Positions 39,525 to 48,946 of a DNA stretch of 64,000 nucleotides are shown here, one piece after another. Where the stretch lies: the NCBI GenBank assembly GCA_963706755.1, contig CAVPNH010000002.1, positions 21,660-85,659 on the forward strand, written 5' to 3'. Within the stretch, counting starts at the first letter, position 1. Every line of letters begins with the position of its first letter. Both the position numbers and the translations under genes were made by a program. The notes beneath the pieces were generated by a model that was not told the DNA's origin, did not search any database, and worked only from the letters and a program-made list of their open reading frames with translations. The DNA comes from an uncultured Gammaproteobacteria bacterium (GTDB taxonomy: Bacteria; Pseudomonadota; Gammaproteobacteria; Steroidobacterales; Steroidobacteraceae).

Positions 39525-39596
39525 GGCGACCGCGACGGGGTCTTCTCCAGCGAGCATGTTTCTTCGCGAGCAGGAGAAGACCCCATCGCGGTCGCC
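39525..39596. repeat. 24-bp-stem hairpin with 24-nt loop (hairpin 2); the loop is the reverse complement of the hairpin-1 loop core
   Basis: GGCGACCGCGACGGGGTCTTCTCC (39525-39548) pairs with 39573-39596 with one mismatch (C39536/A39585). The loop AGCGAGCATGTTTCTTCGCGAGCA (39549-39572) is the exact reverse complement of 39436-39459. Confidence 0.9.
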
Positions 39597-39677
39597 GACG
39601 ATGCGAGGCTTATCCGGAATGCGCCCGTCGCGACGAGTTTCGGACGGTCGTCGCGGTCGCGCTGGCGGGCTGCGCGG

Positions 39678-40277
39678 CTACCTGATCGCCTGACGCCCGG
39701 CGAGCGCGTGGGCGATCGTGCCGCCATCGACGTACTCGAGTTCGCCGCCCATCGGCACGCCGTGCGCGATTCGCGTGGCACGCAGCCCGAGACGCGCAGC
39801 CACCTCGCCGAGGAAGTGCGCCGTCGCCTCGCCCTCGACCGTCGGGTTGGTCGCGAGGATCACTTCCCGGACCTCGCCTTCGCCTAGCAGCTTCTCGAAC
39901 GCATCGATGCCGATCTCGACCGGCCCCACGCCGTCGAGCGGCGAAAGGTGGCCCATGAGCACGAAGTAGCAGCCGCGGTAGCTCGCCGACTGCTCGATCG
40001 CCACGACGTCCGCCGGCGACTCGACCACGCAGAGCAGCGTGCGGTCCCGCGTCGTCGCGGCACAGGTCGGGCAGAGTTCCCCCTCGGCGAACATGCGGCA
40101 TCGCCCGCAGTGGCCGAGTGCGCTGGAGGCGGCGGCGAGCGCAGCGGCAATTTCGCGCGCGCCATCCCGATCGCGTTCGAGCAGGTGGAACGCCATGCGC
40201 TGTGCCGATTTCGGTCCCACGCCGGGCAGGCAGCGCAGTGCCTCGATGAGCCGGTTGAGCGTCGGCGGGTAGAGCAT
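39678..40277 (-). CDS. recR: Recombination protein RecR
   Basis: 199-aa [23 protein letters not shown] HhH motif, C4 zinc finger (CGRC...CPTC) and a Toprim domain. Confidence 0.95.
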   Translation of the reverse strand: MLYPPTLNRLIEALRCLPGVGPKSAQRMAFHLLERDRDGAREIAAALAAASSALGHCGRCRMFAEGELCPTCAATTRDRTLLCVVESPADVVAIEQSASYRGCYFVLMGHLSPLDGVGPVEIGIDAFEKLLGEGEVREVILATNPTVEGEATAHFLGEVAARLGLRATRIAHGVPMGGELEYVDGGTIAHALAGRQAIR

Positions 40278-40290
40278 CGCCCGGCGGCTC

Positions 40291-40617
40291 TCAGCCGAAC
40301 GGCAGCTTGAGGCCCGCCGGCAGGTTCATGCCGCCCATGAGCCCTGCCATTCGTTGCTGCGACGCGGCCTCCAGCCTCTGCGCGGCGTCGTTGATCGCGG
40401 CGGCCACGAGGTCCTCGACCATCTCGCGGTCATCGAGCGGGACCGACGGATCGATCTGCACGCGCTTCGCCTCGTGACGGCCGTTGATCGTAACCTTGAC
40501 CATGCCGCCCCCGGACTCGCCGGTGACTTCCATGGCCGCGATCTCGGCCTGCGCCTTCTGCAGGTTCGCCTGCAACTGCTGCGCCTGCTTCATCATGTTG
40601 CCGATGCCGCCCTTCAT
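40291..40617 (-). CDS. ybaB: Nucleoid-associated protein YbaB/EbfC
   Basis: 108-aa ORF ([23 protein letters not shown]...) in the conserved dnaX-ybaB-recR order. Confidence 0.95.
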   Translation of the reverse strand: MKGGIGNMMKQAQQLQANLQKAQAEIAAMEVTGESGGGMVKVTINGRHEAKRVQIDPSVPLDDREMVEDLVAAAINDAAQRLEAASQQRMAGLMGGMNLPAGLKLPFG

Positions 40618-40645
40618 GTTGTCGTTGACTCCGGGGTAAAAAAAA

Positions 40646-42259
40646 TCAGTTCAACGGCCGGACCGAACCCGGCTGCACCGTCGCGCCGAACGTGTCGCGC
40701 ATCGCCCGCACGGCGGGATCGCCATCGATCGCCTGTTCCGCGGCCTTGAGGCGCTCGTCGGCGACCTGCGCCTGCTGGCGTGCCAGCGTGGTCTCGCCAC
40801 CGGCCACCTCTCCCACGCCGATCTCGAGCCGCACGGGCTGCCCGTAGTGCAGCGACAGCGCCTGCACGAGGCGCTCCACGATCTTCGGGCGGTTGAAAGC
40901 CTCCCCCGCGGGGTCGAGCCGCAGCTTCACGACGTCCCTGACCCGGCCGACGAGCACGCAATGCGCGGCAAGCTGGCCGGCCGGCCCCTGCAACCCGAGC
41001 GCCAGTACCGTGGACGGCCAGTCGCCAGCCACAGTCGGGGCAGACGACGCGGCGGGCGCCTCGGCCGCGGCCGGGCCCGGCCGGGGCGCAGCCGCAGGGG
41101 CCGCGCCCCGCGACGGTGCAGGACCGGTGCGCGGCGCAGCGGAGGGCGCAGTCGCCGCAGGTACCGCGCCCGGGACCTCCGGCCTGAACGCCAGCATCCT
41201 GAGCAGCGCCATCTCGAACCCGCCACGCGCGTCCGGCGCGAAATCGAGGTCGCGGCGCGCCATGATCGCGATCTGGTAGAGGAGCTGCAGGTCCTCGGGC
41301 GAGAAGAGGCCCGCCAGCGCTGCGAGCACCTGGTCCTGTTCCTCGTCCTCGCCACGCAGGTCCGGCAGCGCCTTGAGCAGCGCCATGCGCTGGATGGCGG
41401 CGGCGAGTTCGCCGAGCGCCTGGTCGTAGTCCGGCGCGCGCTCGTCGAGCTGCTGCACGGCGGCCATGAGCGCGCTCCCGTCCTTCGACGCCAGCGCGTT
41501 CAGGATCGCCTCGACGTGACGCCGGTCGAGCGTGCCGAGCAGCTCCCGCACCTCGGCCTCGAGCACCCGCCCGCCGCCGAAGGCGAGCACCTGGTCGAGC
41601 AGCGACAGGGCGTCGCGCATGCTGCCCTCGGCGGCGCGCGCGATGGCCCTGAGTGCCGCCGGCTCGAATTCGACCTTTTCGGCCTCCGAGATCGCGGTGA
41701 GGCGCTCCTGGATCTGCGCCAGCGGCAGCCGCCGCAGGTGGAACTGCAGGCAGCGCGACAGCACGGTCACCGGAAGCTTCTGGGGATCGGTCGTCGCGAG
41801 CAGGAACTTGATGTGCGGCGGCGGCTCCTCGAGCGTCTTCAGGAGCGCGTTGAACGAGTGCGTCGAGAGCATGTGCACCTCGTCGATGAGGTACACCTTG
41901 TAGCGGCCCCGCGCCGGCGCGTACTGGACGTTGTCGAGGAGTTCCCGCGTGTCGTCCACCTTGGTGCGCGACGCGGCGTCCACCTCGAGCAGATCCACGA
42001 AGCGCCCGGCGTCGATGTCCCGGCACGCGCCGCATTCCCCGCAGGGCTTCGACGACACGCCTTTTTCGCAGTTCAACGACTTGGCGAAGATGCGCGCGAT
42101 CGTGGTCTTGCCGACGCCGCGCGTGCCGGTGAACAGGAACGCGTGATGGATGCGGCCCGAGTCGAGCGCGTTCGTGAGCGCGCGGCGGACGTGTTCCTGC
42201 CCGACGAGCTCGTCAAAGCTGCGCGGCCGCCATTTTCGGGCCAGGACCAGGTAACTCAT
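40646..42259 (-). CDS. dnaX: DNA polymerase III subunit gamma/tau
   Basis: 537-aa ORF ([33 protein letters not shown], zinc module [10 protein letters not shown]). Confidence 0.95.
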   Translation of the reverse strand: MSYLVLARKWRPRSFDELVGQEHVRRALTNALDSGRIHHAFLFTGTRGVGKTTIARIFAKSLNCEKGVSSKPCGECGACRDIDAGRFVDLLEVDAASRTKVDDTRELLDNVQYAPARGRYKVYLIDEVHMLSTHSFNALLKTLEEPPPHIKFLLATTDPQKLPVTVLSRCLQFHLRRLPLAQIQERLTAISEAEKVEFEPAALRAIARAAEGSMRDALSLLDQVLAFGGGRVLEAEVRELLGTLDRRHVEAILNALASKDGSALMAAVQQLDERAPDYDQALGELAAAIQRMALLKALPDLRGEDEEQDQVLAALAGLFSPEDLQLLYQIAIMARRDLDFAPDARGGFEMALLRMLAFRPEVPGAVPAATAPSAAPRTGPAPSRGAAPAAAPRPGPAAAEAPAASSAPTVAGDWPSTVLALGLQGPAGQLAAHCVLVGRVRDVVKLRLDPAGEAFNRPKIVERLVQALSLHYGQPVRLEIGVGEVAGGETTLARQQAQVADERLKAAEQAIDGDPAVRAMRDTFGATVQPGSVRPLN

Positions 42260-42295
42260 GCGGAGGCTCTTGCTCCCCGGGCAGCGTCAATCGTG

Positions 42296-42409
<114 letters not shown>

Positions 42410-42447
42410 ATGGAGGGCGGCGACTATACCAGTCTGGGCAGGTCGAG

Positions 42448-43896
42448 TCAGTCCTTGGGCACGGGCGGCGGACCGTCCGGCACGTAGGGCTTGTAGACCA
42501 CGTCGCCCTTCTTCGCCTTGAACTCGGTGCGGATCTCCTCGACGAGAGCGGGGTTCTCATACAGGTCCACCATCGTCGCCGTCATGGTCTTGCAGGCGCG
42601 CAGCAGCCCCTTGTGTCCGATCGACATGCCGCCGGTCGCGACGACCGGCCAGGCGTGCCATGGCGCGCCCAGAGGCGCCGTCGCCACGGTCACACTGAGC
42701 GTCGGCACCACCCAACTCACGTCGCCCACGTCCGTCGAGTAGCCGTACGGCTCCTGGCCTTCCAGCGGCTGGATGCTCGCGTCCATCCCCCATTCGGGCG
42801 TCCCGGTCGCGCGCTGGATGGCCCTGGCGAAGGCCTGCTCTTCGTCCGTGTAGGTCGGCTGACCGATCCAGAGGAGGTTCTCCTGCACCAGGCGCTGCCC
42901 GGACTCGATCAGCAGCAACTCCCAGGACCCCGTCTGGATCTTCACCGTCGACGTGGTCTCCGTCATCTCGGCGGCCCCCGAGGCGAGCTTGCGCACGCGC
43001 CCCACCAGCGAATCCACCTCGGTCCGCTTCCAGTCGCGCAGGTAGAGCCAGACCTTCGAATACTCCGGCACGACGTTCGGCACGTCGCCGCCGGACACGA
43101 TGGTGTAGTGCATGCGCGAGGTGGGATGGATGTGCTCGCGCATGAAGTTGAGTCCGACGAGGAAGACCTCGGCCGCATCCAGGGCGCTGCGGCCGTTCCA
43201 GGGGTCCGCTGCGGCATGCGCCGCACTGCCGCGGAACTCCACGGCCAGGTCCACGATCGCCTGACTCGACGTCATGTTCGACAGGGTCTGCTCCCCGGGG
43301 TGCCACGCGAGCATGACGTCCACGTCGTCGAACAACCCGTCGCGCGCCATGTAGATCTTGCCGCCCTCGTTCTCCTCGGCCGGCGTGCCGTAGAAGCGGA
43401 TGGTGCCCTTGAGATGGCCCGCCGCGATCTGCTCCTTGATCGCGAGCGCCGCGCCGAGACTCGCCGCACCGAACAGGTTGTGCCCGCAGCCGTGGCCGGC
43501 CGCGCCCGGCGCAAGCGGGACCTTCTCGGGGAGCGCCTTCTGCGACAGTCCGGGCAGCGCGTCGTATTCGCCCATGATGCCGATCACCGGGTGCCCGGAC
43601 CCGTACGACGCGACGAAGGCCGTCGGCATGCCGGCGACCCCACGCTGCACCTTGAATCCCTTCCGTTCCGCGTAATCGGCCAGCTCGGCCGACGACTTGT
43701 ATTCGCGCAACGCGGTCTCGGCGTAGGCCCAGATCCTGTCCGACAGTCCCGTCAGTTCGGCGGCGTGCCGATCCACGGACTGCACGGCCTGCTGCTTCGT
43801 CGGGCTCGGCGTCGCGGCAGCACTTGCCGCACTCCAGGGTGCCAGCGCTGATGCCACGCACATCAGGGCCAGGCAATACCGGATCAACCGCATCAT
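42448..43896 (-). CDS. Secreted M20-family amidohydrolase/peptidase (AbgB-like)
   Basis: 482-aa ORF with a signal peptide, HGCGHNL metal-binding motif and GTPAEE. Confidence 0.85.
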   Translation of the reverse strand: MMRLIRYCLALMCVASALAPWSAASAAATPSPTKQQAVQSVDRHAAELTGLSDRIWAYAETALREYKSSAELADYAERKGFKVQRGVAGMPTAFVASYGSGHPVIGIMGEYDALPGLSQKALPEKVPLAPGAAGHGCGHNLFGAASLGAALAIKEQIAAGHLKGTIRFYGTPAEENEGGKIYMARDGLFDDVDVMLAWHPGEQTLSNMTSSQAIVDLAVEFRGSAAHAAADPWNGRSALDAAEVFLVGLNFMREHIHPTSRMHYTIVSGGDVPNVVPEYSKVWLYLRDWKRTEVDSLVGRVRKLASGAAEMTETTSTVKIQTGSWELLLIESGQRLVQENLLWIGQPTYTDEEQAFARAIQRATGTPEWGMDASIQPLEGQEPYGYSTDVGDVSWVVPTLSVTVATAPLGAPWHAWPVVATGGMSIGHKGLLRACKTMTATMVDLYENPALVEEIRTEFKAKKGDVVYKPYVPDGPPPVPKD

Positions 43897-43923
43897 TGCT
43901 TCCCCTCCGTCTCGATTGCCGTG

Positions 43924-44406
43924 CTAGCCGCGACCGCGGTACGGCGCGACGCCCTGGTCGGGAATCCACAGCCCCGCGGGCGGGCGCCCGGTCTGCCAGA
44001 ACACGTCGATCGGCATGCCGCCGCGCGGGTACCAGTAGCCTCCGATGCGCAGCCACCGCGGCGCGAGGAAGTCCACCAGCCTACCGGCGACGGCCAGCGT
44101 GCAGTCCTCATGGAACGCACCGTGGTTGCGGAAGCTCGAGAGGTAGAGCTTGAACGACTTGCTCTCGACCAGCCAGCGGCCCGGAACGTAGTCGAGCACG
44201 AGGTGGGCGAAGTCCGGCTGACCGGTAATCGGGCACAGCGACGTGAACTCCGGCGCCGTGAAGCGCGCCAGGTACAGCTTGCGCGGGTGCGGGTTCGGCA
44301 CGCGCTCGAGCACGGCCTCGTGCGGCGAGGCCGGAATCGGGGTCGGCGCCCCGAGCTGCTCGAGCGCGGCATAGGCGCCGCCGCCCTTTCTGCGTCGGCC
44401 GGCCAC
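43924..44406 (-). CDS. queF: NADPH-dependent 7-cyano-7-deazaguanine (preQ0) reductase
   Basis: 160-aa ORF with the QueF motifs [15 protein letters not shown] and ESKSFKLYL. Confidence 0.9.
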   Translation of the reverse strand: MAGRRRKGGGAYAALEQLGAPTPIPASPHEAVLERVPNPHPRKLYLARFTAPEFTSLCPITGQPDFAHLVLDYVPGRWLVESKSFKLYLSSFRNHGAFHEDCTLAVAGRLVDFLAPRWLRIGGYWYPRGGMPIDVFWQTGRPPAGLWIPDQGVAPYRGRG

Positions 44407-44409
44407 GCT

Positions 44410-46305
44410 TCAGCCCTGCTGGCGCGCGTAGATGCGTTCCATCTCGTCCATGATGCGGTTCATCTCGCGCATCGCGGCATCGAACGGTTGCGAGGTCGTC
44501 ATGTCCACGCCGGCGTCCTTCAGCAGATCAATCGGGTACTTCGAGGACCCGGACGAGAGCAGCCTCAGGTACGCGTCGCGGTGCTTCGTCGCCTGCCCGG
44601 AACTGACCGACTCCCGGCCGATCATGCCCTCGGCGAGCGACATGCCGCCGATCATGCTGGTGGCGTACTGGTAGACGTAGAAGTCGTAGTAGAAATGCGC
44701 CACGTACGCCCATTCGGACGCGTAGGTGTCGTCGATCTTCACGACGCCCTGGTCCGATCCGTAGTACTCGCGCAGGAGCTTGAGGTACAGGGCATTCAGC
44801 GAGTCCTTCGTGAGCGGCTCGCCGCGCTCGACCGCCTCGTGAATCATGAGCTCGAATTCCGCGAACATCGTCTGCCGGAAGAGCGTGGTGCGCATCGTGT
44901 CGAGGTAGCTCGACAGGAGGAACAGGCGCGTGGCGTCGTCCTTCGTCTGGTCGAGCACGTGGTGGAACAGCAGGTTCTCGTTCAGCGTGGAGGCAACCTC
45001 AGCCACGAAGATCGAGTAGTCCGCGGTCGCGAACGGCTGGTTCGCGGCCGACAGATACGAGTGCATGGAGTGCCCCGACTCGTGCGCGAGCGTGGAGACC
45101 TCATTCCACGTGCCCGTGAAGTTGAGCAGCTGGTAGGGGTGCACGCCGTAGACCATCGTGCTGTATGCCCCCGGCGACTTGCCCGTCGTGGGCATGAAGT
45201 CCACCCAGCCAGAGGCGTAGCCCTTGCGCAGCGTATCCACGTAGGCCGGGCCCAGCGTGCCGAAGGAATCGAGCGTGAGCTTCATCGCTTCCTCGGGCGT
45301 GAACTTGAGGTCCACCTTCGCGACGATGGGCGCATAGAGGTCCTCGTAGCCGAGCTGCGGCAGGCCCATGATCTTCTGCCGGAGCTTCAGGTAGCGATGC
45401 AGCGTCGGCAGGTTGGCGTGCACGTCCGAGATGAGCTGCGTGTAGACGGACTTCGGGATGTTGTAATCGAACAGCGCCGCTTCGAGCGAACTCGGGAACT
45501 TGTGCACGTCCTTGTTGAAGACGTGGGCCTGCACCTGCGAGTTCAGCGTCGTGGCAAGCGTGCCGGTGAAATCGTTGTAACGGCCGAAGAAAGCCTGGAA
45601 CGCGAGGTCCCGGTCCGCCTTGACCGGGGAAGTCCTCACCCGGGTGAACGCCGAGGCATCGAGGCGCAGCTTCTCGCCTCCGGACAGGGTGATCTCCGGA
45701 AACGGCAACTCGGCGCTCGTGAACACGGACCGCACCGTCTGCCCGGCGTCGGACATGAGCCCGGCCTGCGCGATGATCTTCTCCTCGGCGGGCGAAAGCG
45801 TGTGCTGCGCCGCACGCAGGATGTCGTCGAAGAACATGCGGTACTGGCCGAGCTTCGGCTGCTCGGCAAGGAACCGGTCGACCGTCTCCTTGCCGACGGC
45901 CAGGAGTTCCGGCCGCATGAACGCGGTCGCCGTCTGCAGGTCGGTGTAGACCTGGCCCGCTTCCTGCTTCATCTGCAGCGTACGGCTGACCCGCGTGTCC
46001 TGGTCGCACAGCGCGCTCGCATAGACGTACAGCCGCTGCGCCCTGCGGTTGGCCTGCTCCCAGTCGGTCATCGCCGCGAGCAGGGTCGCAGCGGAGGTGC
46101 CGAGCTTGCCCTGCCACTGTCCGAGCCCCGGGAGCGACGAGACGAGTTCCTTCTTGGCGGCGACCCAGGCCGCCTCGTCGGGGTACAGGTCCGCCAGGTT
46201 CCACTTATATCCATCCGGGATTTCCGACCGCTCGGTCGCAAGGACCGCAGGGGCCGCGAGGACCGCCAGAGCCGCCACGAGGGCGCAAAGCCTCATCTGT
46301 CGCAT
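44410..46305 (-). CDS. pepF: M3-family oligoendopeptidase F, exported
   Basis: ATG 46305, 5 nt after GGAG, within ORF 44410..46419. Signal peptide MRQMRLCALVAALAVLAAPAVLA. HEXXH zinc motif LAHESGHSMHSY. Confidence 0.85.
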   Translation of the reverse strand: MRQMRLCALVAALAVLAAPAVLATERSEIPDGYKWNLADLYPDEAAWVAAKKELVSSLPGLGQWQGKLGTSAATLLAAMTDWEQANRRAQRLYVYASALCDQDTRVSRTLQMKQEAGQVYTDLQTATAFMRPELLAVGKETVDRFLAEQPKLGQYRMFFDDILRAAQHTLSPAEEKIIAQAGLMSDAGQTVRSVFTSAELPFPEITLSGGEKLRLDASAFTRVRTSPVKADRDLAFQAFFGRYNDFTGTLATTLNSQVQAHVFNKDVHKFPSSLEAALFDYNIPKSVYTQLISDVHANLPTLHRYLKLRQKIMGLPQLGYEDLYAPIVAKVDLKFTPEEAMKLTLDSFGTLGPAYVDTLRKGYASGWVDFMPTTGKSPGAYSTMVYGVHPYQLLNFTGTWNEVSTLAHESGHSMHSYLSAANQPFATADYSIFVAEVASTLNENLLFHHVLDQTKDDATRLFLLSSYLDTMRTTLFRQTMFAEFELMIHEAVERGEPLTKDSLNALYLKLLREYYGSDQGVVKIDDTYASEWAYVAHFYYDFYVYQYATSMIGGMSLAEGMIGRESVSSGQATKHRDAYLRLLSSGSSKYPIDLLKDAGVDMTTSQPFDAAMREMNRIMDEMERIYARQQG

Positions 46306-46496
46306 CTGAACTCCATGACGGCGGGCTGCCGCGTTTGGAAACAGGCAGCTTGCCTGCAGGCCGGGGCCGCTGCAATCCGCGGACGCCCTGACGCCGCCGG
46401 CCGGGCGGACATCCCGCATCCGCTACCCATAAGGTCGGTCGAAGGATAAGATTGCTGCGCTGCAAACAGGCAGCGGTTCTTGATCGCCGAGGTCCA

Positions 46497-47321
46497 ATGA
46501 CCGCGACTGACCGGTCCGGAAAACCGCCCCGGACGATCTGCACGCTGCTCGAGGGGCGGGGCCTGCTCGAAATGGCGGCGCTGCCCGCCTGGCTGCCGCT
46601 GCTGCAGGCGACGCCGCGGGGCGACGGGCATACGGTCCTGCTCGTGCCGGGCTTCACCGCGGGCGACGCCACCCTGGTGGGATTGCGGGTCTTCCTGCGT
46701 TCGCGCGGCTACAAGGTCGAGACCTGGGGCTTCGGCCAGAACACGGGCTTCAAGCTCAAGTTCTCGCAGGCCCTGGAGCAGAAGGTTCGATACCTGCACC
46801 ACCGCACCGGCGGCAAGGTCAGCGTCGTCGGCTGGAGCCTGGGCGGCGTCTACGGGTTCTATGCCGCGCACAGCGCGCCGGAATGCGTGCGCACCGTGAT
46901 CTCGCTGGGCAGCCCGTTGCGCTTTTCAGTCGGAAAGCTGCAGGTCCCCGTGCTCGTGCAGGCGCTGTACAGGTATTTCGCGCACCCGCTGGGCCCGGTC
47001 GCCCACCTCTCGCACGTGCGGAGCAAGGTCCTGAAGGCCCCGCCACCGATGCCGTCCACCTGCATCTACTCGTCTACCGACGGCGTGGTCCCCCCCGACT
47101 CCGCGCAACTCGATGACGCGTTCGGCCAGCACGAAAACATCTGGGTGCCGGGCAGCCACCTCGGGCTCGGGTTCAACCCGGCCGTGATGTGGGTACTTGC
47201 CGACCGGCTGTCCCAGCCCGAAGACGAGTGGCAACCGTTCAGCCCGAAGGGCGTGCTCGGCTCCGTCTACGAGCGCCTCGCAAGCCACATGCGGACCTCG
47301 ATCGCGCCCGCCGTCGCCTGA
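46497..47321 (+). CDS. Alpha/beta-fold hydrolase (lipase/esterase-like)
   Basis: ORF 46452..47321 with likely start ATG 46497. Nucleophile elbow GWSLGG and LLVPGF oxyanion-region motif. Confidence 0.75.
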   Translation: MTATDRSGKPPRTICTLLEGRGLLEMAALPAWLPLLQATPRGDGHTVLLVPGFTAGDATLVGLRVFLRSRGYKVETWGFGQNTGFKLKFSQALEQKVRYLHHRTGGKVSVVGWSLGGVYGFYAAHSAPECVRTVISLGSPLRFSVGKLQVPVLVQALYRYFAHPLGPVAHLSHVRSKVLKAPPPMPSTCIYSSTDGVVPPDSAQLDDAFGQHENIWVPGSHLGLGFNPAVMWVLADRLSQPEDEWQPFSPKGVLGSVYERLASHMRTSIAPAVA

Positions 47322-47340
47322 TCCCTCGGCGTCCCGACCC

Positions 47341-48852
47341 TCAGGCGGCCCTGCGGCGCGGGGCCGCGCTCTTTGCTTTGACCCTGGCCTTGGCCTTCGC
47401 CTTCCCCCGCTTCGCCCGCCCCTTGCGACCGGCCGACAGCCGGCTGGCGAGTTCGAGGTATTCCTGGAAGGACTCGCGGATGCAGAGCGCGAAGAATTCC
47501 GGGTCGGGAATCTGCTCGCGGCACGACGTGGGCGAGATGATGACCCTGCCGTCGTAGCTCGTCACGGCGAATACGAGCCCCATGCCGTCTGAGATCGGCA
47601 TGATTGCCGAGAAATACGTCATGCGCGCGCCATTGAGATAGAGGGGTATCGACGGCCCGGGCACGTTCGTCACCGTGCAGCTCGCGAGCGGCGCACGCTG
47701 CCCGACGCCGAGCGCCGACCCGGCGAGCAGGCGGGCTGAAATCGCGAGCGTCGCGGCGGGCGCGTGCTTCGTGACGTCGGTGAGTTCCTTCGCGCCGACC
47801 GCCTGCCCGATCTCCTCGGCACTCGAAGTGTGCTTGCGTATCGAACGCAGACGCCGCACCGGGTCCTCCAGCTCCGTACCGAGCGGCACGCGCAACATGC
47901 TGATGCCGCTCGCGGCAGCCACGCCGCTGTCCGCGTTGCGGATCGACACCGGCGCGATCGAGACCAGGCTCGGCCCGGGCAGTTCGTCGTGCGTCAGGAG
48001 ATAGCGGCGCAGCGCCCCGCCGCACACCGCCAGCACCGCGTCGTTGATGGTCGCGCCCGGCACCAGCGCGCGGATCCTCTTGAACTCGTCGAGCGTGAAG
48101 CGCCGCGACTCGTACACGCGGTGCGGCGAGACCTCCGAGTTGAAGCGGGTGACCGGCAGCCGATCCGGATGCAACCATGCGTCGCGGAGCGTTCCGAACA
48201 CCACCGGCGCCAACCTGCGCACCACCCGGGTCAGCGGTGCGGCGACCATCAGCGGCTGCACGAGGTTGTGCAGGGCCGCGCGGGCGAGCAGCGAGCCCGT
48301 CCCGGGCGGGGACTCCGGGAACCACGGTTCGGGCGGCTCCGGATGCGGCGGCAGCACCGTCGTGTCGTGCAGGAGCGTCGTGATCTCCGCGCCGCCCTTC
48401 ACGTCGATGGCGGCGTGGTGGATCTTGGCGAGCACCGCGAAGCTGTCGGGAGGCAGGTCGAGGAACGTGTCGAGGCCCTCGACGAGGTACAGCTCCCACA
48501 AGGGCCTGGAGAGATCCAGCGGCCGCGCGTGTATGCGCGAGGCCTGGATGCAGAACTGCCGCCAGTCGCCGGGCTTCGGCAGCGATATGTGGCGCACGTG
48601 GTACTCGAGGTCGAAAACCTCGTCCTCGATCCAGTAGGGGTAGTCGATCTCGAGCGGGACGCGCAGCAGTTTCTGCCGGAAGATGGGCGACAGGTGCAGC
48701 CGGCTTTCGATGTGCTTCAGCAGGCCCTTGAACCGGACCCGGCCCCCGGGGGCCGTCGAGGGGTCGTAGATGTAGACCAGGGTGATGTTTGAATTGGCGT
48801 GGCCGCGCTCCGCGTACACGAATCGGGCATCTTCACCGCGCAATTGGCGCAT
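47341..48852 (-). CDS. WS/DGAT-family acyltransferase (wax ester synthase/diacylglycerol acyltransferase) with variant active-site motif and basic tail
   Basis: ORF 47341..49065 with likely start ATG 48852 (MRQLRGEDARFVY) or 48900. Motif is HHAAIDV (canonical HHxxxDG). C-terminal tail is GRKGRAKRGKAKAKARVKAKSAAPRRRAA. Confidence 0.8.
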   Translation of the reverse strand: MRQLRGEDARFVYAERGHANSNITLVYIYDPSTAPGGRVRFKGLLKHIESRLHLSPIFRQKLLRVPLEIDYPYWIEDEVFDLEYHVRHISLPKPGDWRQFCIQASRIHARPLDLSRPLWELYLVEGLDTFLDLPPDSFAVLAKIHHAAIDVKGGAEITTLLHDTTVLPPHPEPPEPWFPESPPGTGSLLARAALHNLVQPLMVAAPLTRVVRRLAPVVFGTLRDAWLHPDRLPVTRFNSEVSPHRVYESRRFTLDEFKRIRALVPGATINDAVLAVCGGALRRYLLTHDELPGPSLVSIAPVSIRNADSGVAAASGISMLRVPLGTELEDPVRRLRSIRKHTSSAEEIGQAVGAKELTDVTKHAPAATLAISARLLAGSALGVGQRAPLASCTVTNVPGPSIPLYLNGARMTYFSAIMPISDGMGLVFAVTSYDGRVIISPTSCREQIPDPEFFALCIRESFQEYLELASRLSAGRKGRAKRGKAKAKARVKAKSAAPRRRAA

Positions 48853-48946
48853 GGCGTGCTCTCGGCTCGGCCCCAGCAGGACCGGGTCGGAGTCTAGCAT
48901 CGCCCCCGTGCCGCCACCCCTGTGGATGTCGCATACTTGCAGGGCC

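Noticed and set aside
39372-39887. 171-aa ORF (and the minus-strand 39353..39781) spanning the twin hairpins
   Set aside because: The reading frames pass straight through perfect palindromes and then run antisense into recR. The composition is not coding-like. I treat the region as non-coding structure.
40618-40645. A8 run (40634-40641) near dnaX, considered as a gamma/tau frameshift site
   Set aside because: It lies in the dnaX-ybaB intergenic spacer, downstream of the dnaX stop. Inside dnaX, the only A-run (GAA AAA GGC, near codon 64) is far too N-terminal to generate a gamma subunit.
43921-46449. 842-aa plus-strand ORF
   Set aside because: It is antisense to queF and pepF, which have clear catalytic motifs. 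Its composition is Arg-rich and it has no recognisable domain.
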